DNA of 61,619 nt, counting the filler. It is 6 parts of 6 records of this genome, joined end to end, with 100 filler letters (N's around TTAATTAATTAA, not from the genome) between each part and the next. Parts side by side here need not be neighbours in the genome. Positions count along the whole stretch, not along the records: positions 44,126 to 56,079 come from DRR723986_3407; positions 56,180 to 61,619 come from DRR723986_3474; 4 more parts are not named here. The stretch is one strand, 5' to 3'. Shown in pieces: positions 53,305 to 61,619 of the stretch. Made by a program: the position numbers and the translations under genes. Under the pieces are notes generated by a model, which saw nothing but the letters and a program-made list of their open reading frames with translations, was not told the origin of the DNA and did not search any database. Numbering within the stretch: position 1 is the first letter of the stretch; each line of letters opens with the position of its first letter.

Positions 53305-54810
53305 TCACGACAACTCGCCATCCAGCCCAGCCTGAACCAACTCAGCGGCACGCATCACCGCGCGTGCTTTGTTTTCAGTTTCAAGCCATTCACTTTCAGC
53401 AACCGAATCGGCAACTACACCGGCACCGGCCTGAACATACAGGGTTTGGTCTTTCACAACGCCTGTGCGAATTGCAATTGCCACGTCCATAGTCCCTGTG
53501 AAACTAAGGTAACCACATGCCCCGCCATATACACCGCGTTTGGTGGGCTCGAGTTCGTCGATGATTTCCATGGCCCGAACTTTGGGCGCACCAGAAAGCG
53601 TGCCCGCCGGAAAGGTCGCGCGCAAGACATCCATCGCGCCCATGCCAGGCTTTAAATCACCCTGCACATTGCTGACTATGTGCATGACATGGGAATAGCG
53701 CTCTATGATCATTTTCTCGGTGACCTTTACTGAGCCCACCTGAGCAATGCGCCCCACATCATTGCGTGCGAGGTCGATCAACATGACATGCTCAGCAATT
53801 TCCTTGGGATCGGCCAGCAGTTCTTCAGCCAAGGCCTGATCTTCAAGCGGAGTTTTGCCACGAGGGCGCGTCCCGGCGATTGGGCGCAAGGTGACCAGCG
53901 GTGATTTGCCCTCCACCTGATCCTGCCGAACCAGGATTTCAGGCGATGAGCCCACCACCTGAAAACTGCCGAAGTTGTAGTAGAACAAATAGGGTGATGG
54001 ATTCAGGGAGCGCAAAGCGCGATACAACATCAGTGCGTCCTGGGTGAAACGCTTGCTAAGCCGTTGCCCCAAAACCACCTGCATCACATCGCCCGCCGCG
54101 ATGTATTCCTTGGACCTGGCAACCATGTCAAAGAAATATTCCTTGCTCATGCTGCGCTCGATCGGGGTGCTTTCGCTGCTGCCAGACACTGGAATGGCAA
54201 TCGGCTCACGAAGTTGCGCCATCAGCCGCTTGACCTCAGCAACACCGTTTTCATACGCATTGGTTTGCGCGGGATCGACAAACACAATGAGCTGAATGGT
54301 GCCCTGGATGTTGTCCACTACCGCCATGCGATCGGTAAACATGAGAAGAATATCGGGAATGCCAAGATCATCTGCCTTGCGACTGGCCTCCAGCCGAGGC
54401 TCCATGTAGCGCACAGTGTCGTAGCCAAAATACCCGGCCAAGCCACCAAAAAAGCGTGGGCTGCCGTTGACTGGTGGAACCTTGAAACGTGCGTGATATT
54501 GCTCGATGAATTGCAGCGGGTCGCCGTTGAATGTTTCGAGCGTTTCCAGTGTGCCATCAGAATGCTGCCGTTGCACCAACACAGAATGCTCAACCACCTT
54601 GACAGTAATGCTGGAGGGCAGACCCACAAACGAATAACGGCCCGACCGTTCGCCACCCACTACAGACTCAAGCAAAAAGGTGTTGGGCTGATTGGCCAGT
54701 TTGAAATACACCGACAATGGTGTGTCGAGATCGGCGTAACAACGCGCAATCAAGGGAATGCGGTTATAACCTTGCGCAGCAAATTGATCGAATTCGTTTT
54801 GAGAAATCAT
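53305..54810 (-). CDS. trpE: anthranilate synthase component I
   Basis: LLESV, NPSPY, GSSPE, PIAGTR, AEHVML.DL.RND. Confidence 0.96.
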   Translation of the reverse strand: MISQNEFDQFAAQGYNRIPLIARCYADLDTPLSVYFKLANQPNTFLLESVVGGERSGRYSFVGLPSSITVKVVEHSVLVQRQHSDGTLETLETFNGDPLQFIEQYHARFKVPPVNGSPRFFGGLAGYFGYDTVRYMEPRLEASRKADDLGIPDILLMFTDRMAVVDNIQGTIQLIVFVDPAQTNAYENGVAEVKRLMAQLREPIAIPVSGSSESTPIERSMSKEYFFDMVARSKEYIAAGDVMQVVLGQRLSKRFTQDALMLYRALRSLNPSPYLFYYNFGSFQVVGSSPEILVRQDQVEGKSPLVTLRPIAGTRPRGKTPLEDQALAEELLADPKEIAEHVMLIDLARNDVGRIAQVGSVKVTEKMIIERYSHVMHIVSNVQGDLKPGMGAMDVLRATFPAGTLSGAPKVRAMEIIDELEPTKRGVYGGACGYLSFTGTMDVAIAIRTGVVKDQTLYVQAGAGVVADSVAESEWLETENKARAVMRAAELVQAGLDGELS

Positions 54811-55487
54811 TGTGGTACCCGTGTGCCCAGCAGGCGTTGTGCAGCTTCTTCGATTGTGTTCACAATTCCATCGCATGGTGTTTCGTGAACAGATCGCCCC
54901 TCGTTGTAACCATAGGGCAACAGCCAACACTCTACGCCTGCGGCACGGGCAGCCAGCGCATCGTTCACGGAGTCACCGATCATCAATGCCTGCGAAGGCT
55001 CGACGCCAAGCAGCTTGCAAGCGTGGATTACCGGCATGGGATCTGGCTTCTTGACCGGGCAGGTATCGCCGCCCACCATCACTTCAAAATAATCGGCAAT
55101 ACCCGTGCGCTCAAGCAAAGGTTGGGTGAAACGCTCAGGCTTGTTGGTGACCACCGCGAGCTTGATTCCCGCATTCTTCAACAGTGCCAACCCCTCTTTG
55201 ACACCGGGATAAAACACCGAATGATTGCCGTTGATGTGGGTGTAGTGGTTTTGCCAGTTGGCCATGGCCTGTGCGTACAGCTCGGGCGACGCCTTTTCGG
55301 TCATGCTGCCGGTCAGGCTTCGATTGACCAGGTTTTCAGCGCCCTTGCCAACATAGACCGCCACTGTTTCTTCGGGTAACACGGGTTTTCCCAAGTCGAC
55401 CAGCATGGCATTCACCGCAGCGGCCAGATCGGGTACTGTGTGCAAAAGTGTTCCGTCCAGGTCGAACAATACTGCTTGCTTGGTCAT
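54807..55487 (-). CDS. gph: phosphoglycolate phosphatase
   Basis: HAD motifs FDLDGTL, TNK, KP.P, GDS.ND; rpe-gph-trpE order. Confidence 0.93.
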   Translation of the reverse strand: MTKQAVLFDLDGTLLHTVPDLAAAVNAMLVDLGKPVLPEETVAVYVGKGAENLVNRSLTGSMTEKASPELYAQAMANWQNHYTHINGNHSVFYPGVKEGLALLKNAGIKLAVVTNKPERFTQPLLERTGIADYFEVMVGGDTCPVKKPDPMPVIHACKLLGVEPSQALMIGDSVNDALAARAAGVECWLLPYGYNEGRSVHETPCDGIVNTIEEAAQRLLGTRVPQ

Positions 55488-55493
55488 GTCGGT

Positions 55494-56079
55494 TTATCTC
55501 GTAGTGGCAAGCTCGGCGCGCATTTGATCGATGACGGCCTTGTAGTCGGGCTTGCCGAAAATGGCCGAGCCGGCCACGAAAGTATCCGCACCTGCGCGCG
55601 CAATCTGCGCGATATTCTCAGGCTTTACGCCACCATCCACTTCAAGACGAATATTCTGTCCACCATTGGCCACGTGGGCATCGATGCGCTTGCGCAATTC
55701 GGCCAGCTTGACCAAAGCTTGAGGGATGAAACTTTGACCGCCAAAACCGGGGTTCACTGACATCACCAAAACAAGGTCAAGCTTGTCCATGACGTGATCC
55801 ACCCAGGAAATTGGGGTGGCCGGGTTCAGCACAATACCGGCTTGACAGCCAGAATCACGGATCAGGCCCAAAGTGCGATCCAGATGATCAGTACCCTCGG
55901 GGTGAACGCTGATCAGGTTTGCGCCGGCCTTTGCAAAGTCGGGAATGATTCGATCGACCGGGCGAACCATCAGATGCACGTCAATCATGGCCGAGGTGTG
56001 TGGGCGCAGAGCCTCGCAAACCAAAGGACCAATGGTTAGATTAGGCACGTAATGATTGTCCATCACATCGAAGTGCACC
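55494..56079 (-). CDS. rpe: ribulose-phosphate 3-epimerase, 5' truncated
   Basis: [29 protein letters not shown]. Confidence 0.97.
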
Positions 56080-56243
56080 NNNNNNNNNNNNNNNNNNNNN
56101 NNNNNNNNNNNNNNNNNNNNNNNTTAATTAATTAANNNNNNNNNNNNNNNNNNNNNNNNNNNNNNNNNNNNNNNNNNNNCCCCGACCAACTTTCCAGCCA
56201 CAAAACGGAACGTTGGTAGGAGCCGATTCAGGTAGCTCGTGAT

Positions 56244-56320
56244 GGTGGCCGTAGCTCATCGGGTAGAGCACCGGATTGTGGCTCCGGAGGTGGCGGGTTC
56301 GAGACCCGTCGGCCACCCCA
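56244..56320 (+). tRNA. tRNA-His(GTG)
   Basis: Cloverleaf, G-1, anticodon GTG, CCA. Confidence 0.95.
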
Positions 56321-56332
56321 ATACCGTCCCGT

Positions 56333-56362
56333 TTGTCACCCCTGAAATACGCCCTGTATAAT
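56333..56362 (+). promoter_or_regulatory. sigma70-type promoter for tRNA-Arg
   Basis: TTGTCA-N18-TATAAT followed by GC-rich discriminator. Confidence 0.7.
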
Positions 56363-56373
56363 CGCCGGCCACT

Positions 56374-56450
56374 GCGCCTGTAGCTCAGTTGGATAGAGCA
56401 GTAGCCTTCTAAGCTATTGGTCGAGGGTTCGAATCCTTCCAGGCGCGCCA
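56374..56450 (+). tRNA. tRNA-Arg(TCT)
   Basis: GCGCCTG/CAGGCGC, anticodon TCT, CCA. Confidence 0.95.
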
Positions 56451-56493
56451 CCTCATCTCCGGTCCCTTAAAAGCTGACGACTATCCCTGCCGA

Positions 56494-57123
56494 CTATGGC
56501 CGGGCCTGGCGGCTGTTCTTGCGCAGTCCGTCGAGGAAGGTCGCAGTGCTGCTGTCCAGTAATTGATAGACATCCGCGTCCGGCAGGAAGCGATCGATTT
56601 TCTTGTTCAGCGACAGCATGCTCAGCCCGTGCACCATGGCCCACAGCTTGGTTGCCAGTTCAGTCGGGTTTTCGCCGCTGAGGTTTTCGGCCTCGCAGAA
56701 GGCCTGCACCGCATCGACCAGGACATAGAAACCGCTGGTCTTGAGTTCAGCTGAATCAGCGTCCATCGCCTGCAGGCCGATGTCGCCGAACATCAGGTCG
56801 TGGAAGGCTGCGCGCCGGGTCATGTAGTCGATGTAAGATCTCCCCAGGGCGACGATGGCATCCGCGCTGCCAGGGCGGGTCCCTGCTACCGCGTCCATGC
56901 TGGCGGTGGTCAGTCCCAGGAAACCCAGTTTGGCAACGGCTTCCAGCAGCGCATCCCGGTCACGGAAATGGCGATAAGGTGCGGCACTGCTGACTCCCGC
57001 CCGGCGCGCCGCATCGATCATGGCGAAATCCAGCGAGCCGTTTTCCTCGATCAATTCAGCCGCGGCAATGATCAACGCATTGCGCAGGTCCCCGTGATGG
57101 TAGCGGCTGCTCGCCCTGGCCAC
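56494..57123 (-). CDS. TetR family regulator (WHG-like)
   Basis: YHHGDLR, ARRAGVSSAAPYRHF, WAMVHG. Confidence 0.93.
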   Translation of the reverse strand: MARASSRYHHGDLRNALIIAAAELIEENGSLDFAMIDAARRAGVSSAAPYRHFRDRDALLEAVAKLGFLGLTTASMDAVAGTRPGSADAIVALGRSYIDYMTRRAAFHDLMFGDIGLQAMDADSAELKTSGFYVLVDAVQAFCEAENLSGENPTELATKLWAMVHGLSMLSLNKKIDRFLPDADVYQLLDSSTATFLDGLRKNSRQARP

Positions 57124-57125
57124 GG

Positions 57126-60100
57126 TCAGCCTGCCATCCGGCCGGTTGCCGGGGTCGGGGAGGGCGTGAGTTCCACGCGCTCACCGGTGGGGGTTTTGCC
57201 CAGCCGGTTGAGCAGCAGGAACATGGGCGGTACGAGGTAGAAGGACACCACGGTCGACAGCAGCACGCCGCCGGCAATGGCCATTGCGAAGGGTGGCCAG
57301 AACTGGCTGCCCTCAAGGATCAGGGGCAGGAAACCGCCGAAGGTGGTGACGGTTGTAGAAACAATGTGGCGACTGGAATCCATGATCACCCGGCGGATTG
57401 AATACATGCCGCCTGCCATGGCGCTCTCGTCAATCTGCAGGGCGGTCATGATAATAATAGCAGCGTTGATCGAGACGCCGATCGATCCGATGACACCGAT
57501 AAGCGCCTGGACGCCGAAGGGGTAGCGAAACAGCGCCAGTGACAGCAAGCTCAGGCCCAACGAACAGACGCACACGAGGAAGGCTACCGCTGAAAGGCGC
57601 CAGCTGTTGAAAGTGAGCACCACTGCAGCCAGCATCATGACAATGATCAGGCCCATCGGTGCCATGATATCGGCTACCACGCCGGCGCGTTCATCGGAAT
57701 CGCCGCCGAAGCGATAGCTGTAGCCCTGCGGCAGCGTGATCGGTCTGTTTTCCAGGTCCGCGCGAAGCTGCTTCAAGGCCTCTTCCGGCAGTACGCCACG
57801 CGTGATGTAACCCTGGACGATGTTGACCCGCTTGCCATCTTTGCGCGATATCGGGCTGCGAGCCGGCGTCAGTTCGTAGCGACCCAGGGTGTTCAGGGCG
57901 ACTGCCGGCAGGCCGTCTGGACCTGAGCGCGACAGATCAGCTAGTGGCAGGCGCAGGTTGGCGATCTGCCCGGAGTCCGACCACTCGGACTGGGCCAGCC
58001 GGGTGCGTACCGGCAGGCGCTCGGTATCTTCCAGTACCTCACCGCCGGTCCTGCCGACCAGGGCCGCATCCAGGCTACCCGCGACGTCTGCCAGCTGCAG
58101 TCTGGCCAGGCGCAGGCGCTGCTCATCGAGGTGGAAGACCACCTTGGGCGCGCCCGCTACCAGACTGGTATTGGTGTGGGTCACATCCGGGATCATCTCC
58201 ATCCGCTGGCGGAACTGGTCGCCCAGACCGCGCAGCACGTCCAGATTTGGCCCGAAGACCTCGACTTCCAGCGGCGCGCTCACCGGCGGCCCCTGGTCAA
58301 TGCCCCGGACGATGGTGCGGGTGCCGGGAAAGCGACGGTCGAAGCGTGCCTGCAGGTCACGGATGAGGGCATCTGTGCGGTTCTCATCCGTGGTCAGCAC
58401 CAGCGCTTCGGCATAACTGGGAATGCCTTCGTTGGTCCGCCGCATATTGTAGTAAAACCCCGGCGCGCTCTCGCCGACAGACCAGTCCACGCGACGGATC
58501 AGGGGCTCGCCGCGCAGTAGCTCGTCCATGGCCTTAACCACGTCCAGCGTATTATCAATGGAACTCCCGTCCGGCAGTTTGACCTGCAGGTAGAGCTGGT
58601 CGCGATCGGTACCGGGAAAAAACTGTGCGGTCAGGGTCGGGAAAGCGAGGAAGCCGGAGACCGGCATGACCAGAGCCAGGGCGATAGACGCGATGGGATT
58701 GCGCAGTGACCAGTCGAGGGAGCCGGTAAACCAGCGACCGACGCGGCCGCTATCAATGCCCCTGTCCCACCAGTGACTGCGGGACCCCAGTCCGCCAGGC
58801 AACAGGCGGGCCGCTAGCACCGGAGTGATGGTCAGCGCCAGCACCAGGGAGGAGGCCAGCATGACCACTACGGACTTGGCGATAGAGCCAAGGAAATCGC
58901 CGGCAGGCCCGGGCAGTATTGCCATCGGTGTGAAAGCGAGAATGGTGGTAGCCGTCGACGACAGCAGCGGCATCCGCATCCGGCCCACCGCCCCGGCAAT
59001 TGACTCCAGGGGTGAATGGCCGTGCAACAGTCGCCTGCGAATCTCGTCAGTCATCACGATTGATCCGTCTACCAGCAGGCCCAGCGCCACGACCAGGCCG
59101 GTGACGGACATCTGGTGGATAGGGACCTCGAGATAGTAGAGCAGGGCGATCGACATAAAACTGCACAGCGGCAGGATGATCGCTACCACCACCGCGGCGC
59201 GCCAGCCAAGGGTAAACAGGAGCACCAGAATGACCAGGAACACACCCATCGTCAGGTTCTGTGCAACGCCCGCCAGGCGCTCACGGGTGTAACCGCTCTG
59301 GTCGTAGCTGGTTTCGATGCTGATGCCAGCCGGTGCCGTCGCGCGAAAATCCGCCAGGAAGCTATCGAAGCTGGCACTCCAGCGATCGACCTGCAAGCCA
59401 TCTTTCATGGCGACGCCCACAAGGATCGCCGGTTTGCCCTGGGCCAGCGCCAGCGCACGTGGCGGACTGACCTGGGTCTTGTATACCTGTGCAATGTCGG
59501 CAATGCGCACCGCTCGTCCGTCAGCCTGGGTGCGTACGATGACCTGGCGGATTCGCTCCTGTGAATCAAAGTCCCCGGCCACCTCGATCAGGAACTGGCC
59601 GTGACCTCCGGTCGTTCTTCCTGCAGAGACTTTGGGGTCGGCGGCCCGCAGCGCTGCGGCAAGCTCAGTCAGGGAAATGCCCCGGGCGGCAACAGCTGTC
59701 TCGTCGACCTCCACCCGGATCTCCTCATCCGGACTGCCGAACAGGTCGACCAGCTTGGTGCCGCTGAAGTTGCGGGCCTGGTCAGCAAAGTCCTCAGCGA
59801 TCCGCTTAAGCAGCGGCAGCGGGGGGTCTGTGCCCTCAGCGCCGCTGATTGCAATGATCTTGACGTAGCTGGTCATGATGTCGTTGTCGAAATCCGGCGC
59901 TGACACGCCCTCCGGGAAGGCCAATGCCGCATCATCAATCGCATCGCGAACCTCGCTCCAGGTTCGTTCCAGTGCCTCATCCGGCAAGGAGTCCTGGATC
60001 AGGACCGTCACCACAGAGACCCCTGAGCTGGAAACGGAATTGATTTCGTCCACTTCCGGGATCTTGCGCAGTTCATCCTCGAGCGGGCGCGATAGCAGCG

Positions 60101-60278
60101 CCTCTACCCGGTCCGGGGCGGCGCCGGGATAGAAGGTGGTGATCTTGGCGACAAAATTGGTGATGGTTGGGTCTTCCTGGCGACCAATACTCTGGAAGCT
60201 CGTGACCCCAACCACGATGACCACCAGCAGGGCCAGGGTGAGATAACGGCTGTTGTTGTACAGGAGGCGGGCCAGCAT
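57126..60278 (-). CDS. RND efflux permease
   Basis: RQEDP, LGLLVDGSIV, about 1050 aa with two large periplasmic loops. Confidence 0.95.
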   Translation of the reverse strand: MLARLLYNNSRYLTLALLVVIVVGVTSFQSIGRQEDPTITNFVAKITTFYPGAAPDRVEALLSRPLEDELRKIPEVDEINSVSSSGVSVVTVLIQDSLPDEALERTWSEVRDAIDDAALAFPEGVSAPDFDNDIMTSYVKIIAISGAEGTDPPLPLLKRIAEDFADQARNFSGTKLVDLFGSPDEEIRVEVDETAVAARGISLTELAAALRAADPKVSAGRTTGGHGQFLIEVAGDFDSQERIRQVIVRTQADGRAVRIADIAQVYKTQVSPPRALALAQGKPAILVGVAMKDGLQVDRWSASFDSFLADFRATAPAGISIETSYDQSGYTRERLAGVAQNLTMGVFLVILVLLFTLGWRAAVVVAIILPLCSFMSIALLYYLEVPIHQMSVTGLVVALGLLVDGSIVMTDEIRRRLLHGHSPLESIAGAVGRMRMPLLSSTATTILAFTPMAILPGPAGDFLGSIAKSVVVMLASSLVLALTITPVLAARLLPGGLGSRSHWWDRGIDSGRVGRWFTGSLDWSLRNPIASIALALVMPVSGFLAFPTLTAQFFPGTDRDQLYLQVKLPDGSSIDNTLDVVKAMDELLRGEPLIRRVDWSVGESAPGFYYNMRRTNEGIPSYAEALVLTTDENRTDALIRDLQARFDRRFPGTRTIVRGIDQGPPVSAPLEVEVFGPNLDVLRGLGDQFRQRMEMIPDVTHTNTSLVAGAPKVVFHLDEQRLRLARLQLADVAGSLDAALVGRTGGEVLEDTERLPVRTRLAQSEWSDSGQIANLRLPLADLSRSGPDGLPAVALNTLGRYELTPARSPISRKDGKRVNIVQGYITRGVLPEEALKQLRADLENRPITLPQGYSYRFGGDSDERAGVVADIMAPMGLIIVMMLAAVVLTFNSWRLSAVAFLVCVCSLGLSLLSLALFRYPFGVQALIGVIGSIGVSINAAIIIMTALQIDESAMAGGMYSIRRVIMDSSRHIVSTTVTTFGGFLPLILEGSQFWPPFAMAIAGGVLLSTVVSFYLVPPMFLLLNRLGKTPTGERVELTPSPTPATGRMAG

Positions 60279-60279
60279 C

Positions 60280-61416
60280 TCAGTTACCTGCCTCGACAAC
60301 CGGTGTGCCGGGCGTTACCCGGTGCACACCGTCCGCGATCACCCGCTGGCCGGGGCTGAGGGTGCCGCGCACGAAAGCCCGGTCACCCTCCAGGTGCAGG
60401 ACCTCCACCGATTCCTTTACGCTGGTCATGCCCCCGTTCTGGGCCTGCAGGCGCAGCACATTCCACAGGCCGCGTTCGCCTTCGATCAGGGCTGAGACCG
60501 GCAGCCAGCCGCCGCTTGCCGGAACGCGCTCGGATAGCAGCAGGGTCACGGGCTCCCCATCCAGGCCAGTGACGCCCGTTGGCAGGTCAAACACAGCGGT
60601 GGTGGTCAGGGTTGCCGGATCGATGTCCGGACGAATGGAACGCAGGCTGGCGTTCAGCTCGCGGTCGCGCAGCCGGAGCCGGTAACTCTCACCAATTATC
60701 AGACCGGCGGCTTGTTCCACCGCGATGCCCACGTGCGCCTCGCGGGCGCCGGATTCGACGACCCGCAATACCGGCGCGCCGGCCGCGACCACTGCGCCTT
60801 CATTGACGAAGCGCTCGGCGACTACCCCGTCATAGGGAGCGTACAGGGTGGATTTGGACAGGATGAGCTCAACGCCGGCCAGTTCGGCGCCGGCGCCCTT
60901 GAGCTGTGCTGCCAGCGCGACTTCCCGCAACCGGGTTTCGTCATAGGCCTCGCGGGAAACGGCACCGGTATCGCGCAGATTGCGCTGCCGATCCGCTTTC
61001 AGGCCGGCCAGGTCGAGTTCAGCGGTTACCCGCTCCAGCTCTGCGGCAAGGGCGTCCCGCCGCGCTTCAGCCTGGGCAGTATCGAGGCGGGCAATCGCCT
61101 GTCCCGCAACAAGCTGTGATCCCTCCCGCACAGCCAGTTCGAGCACCAGTCCTGCGACTTCAAAGCCGAGATTGCTGCGCTGGCCCGCCCTGACAAGACC
61201 GAGGAAACTGGTCTCCCGCTGGTAGCTGTCGGTCACCGTATACGGGGTTACCGCTACCGGTAGCGGCTCGTGCGCACCGGCCGCTAGCGAGAAGCCCGCT
61301 CTGGCATAGAGCAGGGCAGTGATGGCCGCCGTGGCCGCTGCTGCTGCCAGTACGCCCCAGGCGGCGCTGCGTCTGCCGATGGTCGGCACGATGGTGGGAC
61401 TGACAGTCATCGGCAT
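60280..61416 (-). CDS. RND periplasmic adaptor (MFP)
   Basis: LGFEVAG, IARLD, coiled coil, LYAPYDG. Confidence 0.93.
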   Translation of the reverse strand: MPMTVSPTIVPTIGRRSAAWGVLAAAAATAAITALLYARAGFSLAAGAHEPLPVAVTPYTVTDSYQRETSFLGLVRAGQRSNLGFEVAGLVLELAVREGSQLVAGQAIARLDTAQAEARRDALAAELERVTAELDLAGLKADRQRNLRDTGAVSREAYDETRLREVALAAQLKGAGAELAGVELILSKSTLYAPYDGVVAERFVNEGAVVAAGAPVLRVVESGAREAHVGIAVEQAAGLIIGESYRLRLRDRELNASLRSIRPDIDPATLTTTAVFDLPTGVTGLDGEPVTLLLSERVPASGGWLPVSALIEGERGLWNVLRLQAQNGGMTSVKESVEVLHLEGDRAFVRGTLSPGQRVIADGVHRVTPGTPVVEAGN

Positions 61417-61438
61417 ATCCAGTATATGTAAGAGGAAT

Positions 61439-61474
61439 TAACATTAATGTTATAGACTATAACATCTACGTCAA
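61439..61474 (-). promoter_or_regulatory. efflux operon promoter with overlapping palindromes
   Basis: TTGACG-N16-TAACAT on the minus strand; palindromes TAACATTAATGTTA (61439-61452) and ATGTTATAG-A-CTATAACAT (61447-61465). Confidence 0.65.
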
Positions 61475-61560
61475 GACCTTCTGAGTGGATTGCTTGCAGG
61501 TCGGCAGTGATTTCGGGACAATGCGCGCTCTGCGCAGAACCCGCGCCGCTATGGTGGTTC

Positions 61561-61619
61561 GGGCGGTCCCCTCGCAACGATAGGTAGTGAACCCCGCCAG
61601 GCCCGGAAGGGAGCAACGG
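61561..61619 (+). ncRNA. ffs: SRP 4.5S RNA, 3' truncated
   Basis: Conserved domain IV GCCAGGCCCGGAAGGGAGCAAC. Confidence 0.9.

Noticed and set aside
8055-56179. Recurrent TTAATTAATTAA as a biological repeat, and gene neighbourhoods across spacers (e.g. BLUF/folE with the photolyase)
   Set aside because: Artificial linkers; the contigs come from different organisms

Overview
The window is six unrelated contigs joined by 100-nt N/TTAATTAATTAA spacers (8055-8154, 18238-18337, 36552-36651, 44026-44125, 56080-56179), so no gene context crosses a spacer. (1) 1-8054: probable alphaproteobacterial island edge with a tRNA-Pro 3' fragment, Fic, hipBA and a partly decayed folE/BLUF/oxidoreductase cluster. 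(2) 8155-18237: Hyphomonas-like alphaproteobacterial DNA with uvrB, a lower-GC membrane-anchored ParA pair, PiT transporter, truncated globin, P450 and leuA with a leader peptide. (3) 18338-36551: fragment of a gene-rich protist mitochondrial genome using UGA=Trp (rps10, rps7, rps19, rpl5, rpl10, atp4, nad4L, tatC, nad4, nad5 exon 1, rpl19, rnl, 8 tRNAs); the supplied ORF track fragments these genes. (4) 36652-44025: Roseobacter-like housekeeping region. (5) 44126-56079: betaproteobacterial trp region with an inverted-domain photolyase. (6) 56180-61619: gammaproteobacterial tRNAs, RND efflux operon and ffs. Main finding: mitochondrial nad5 is interrupted by a group I intron whose 5' half (P1-P7 5', P8 5'; + strand, 33197-33893) and 3' half (P8 3', J8/7, P7 3', P9; - strand, ~18544-18477) lie 15 kb apart on opposite strands and pair through a 12-bp P8 helix, implying trans-splicing. 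The same genome has large in-frame insertions in ribosomal-protein and tatC genes, apparent non-AUG starts and a probable rps12 relic. Taxonomic labels are impressions from gene content and sequence, not search results.
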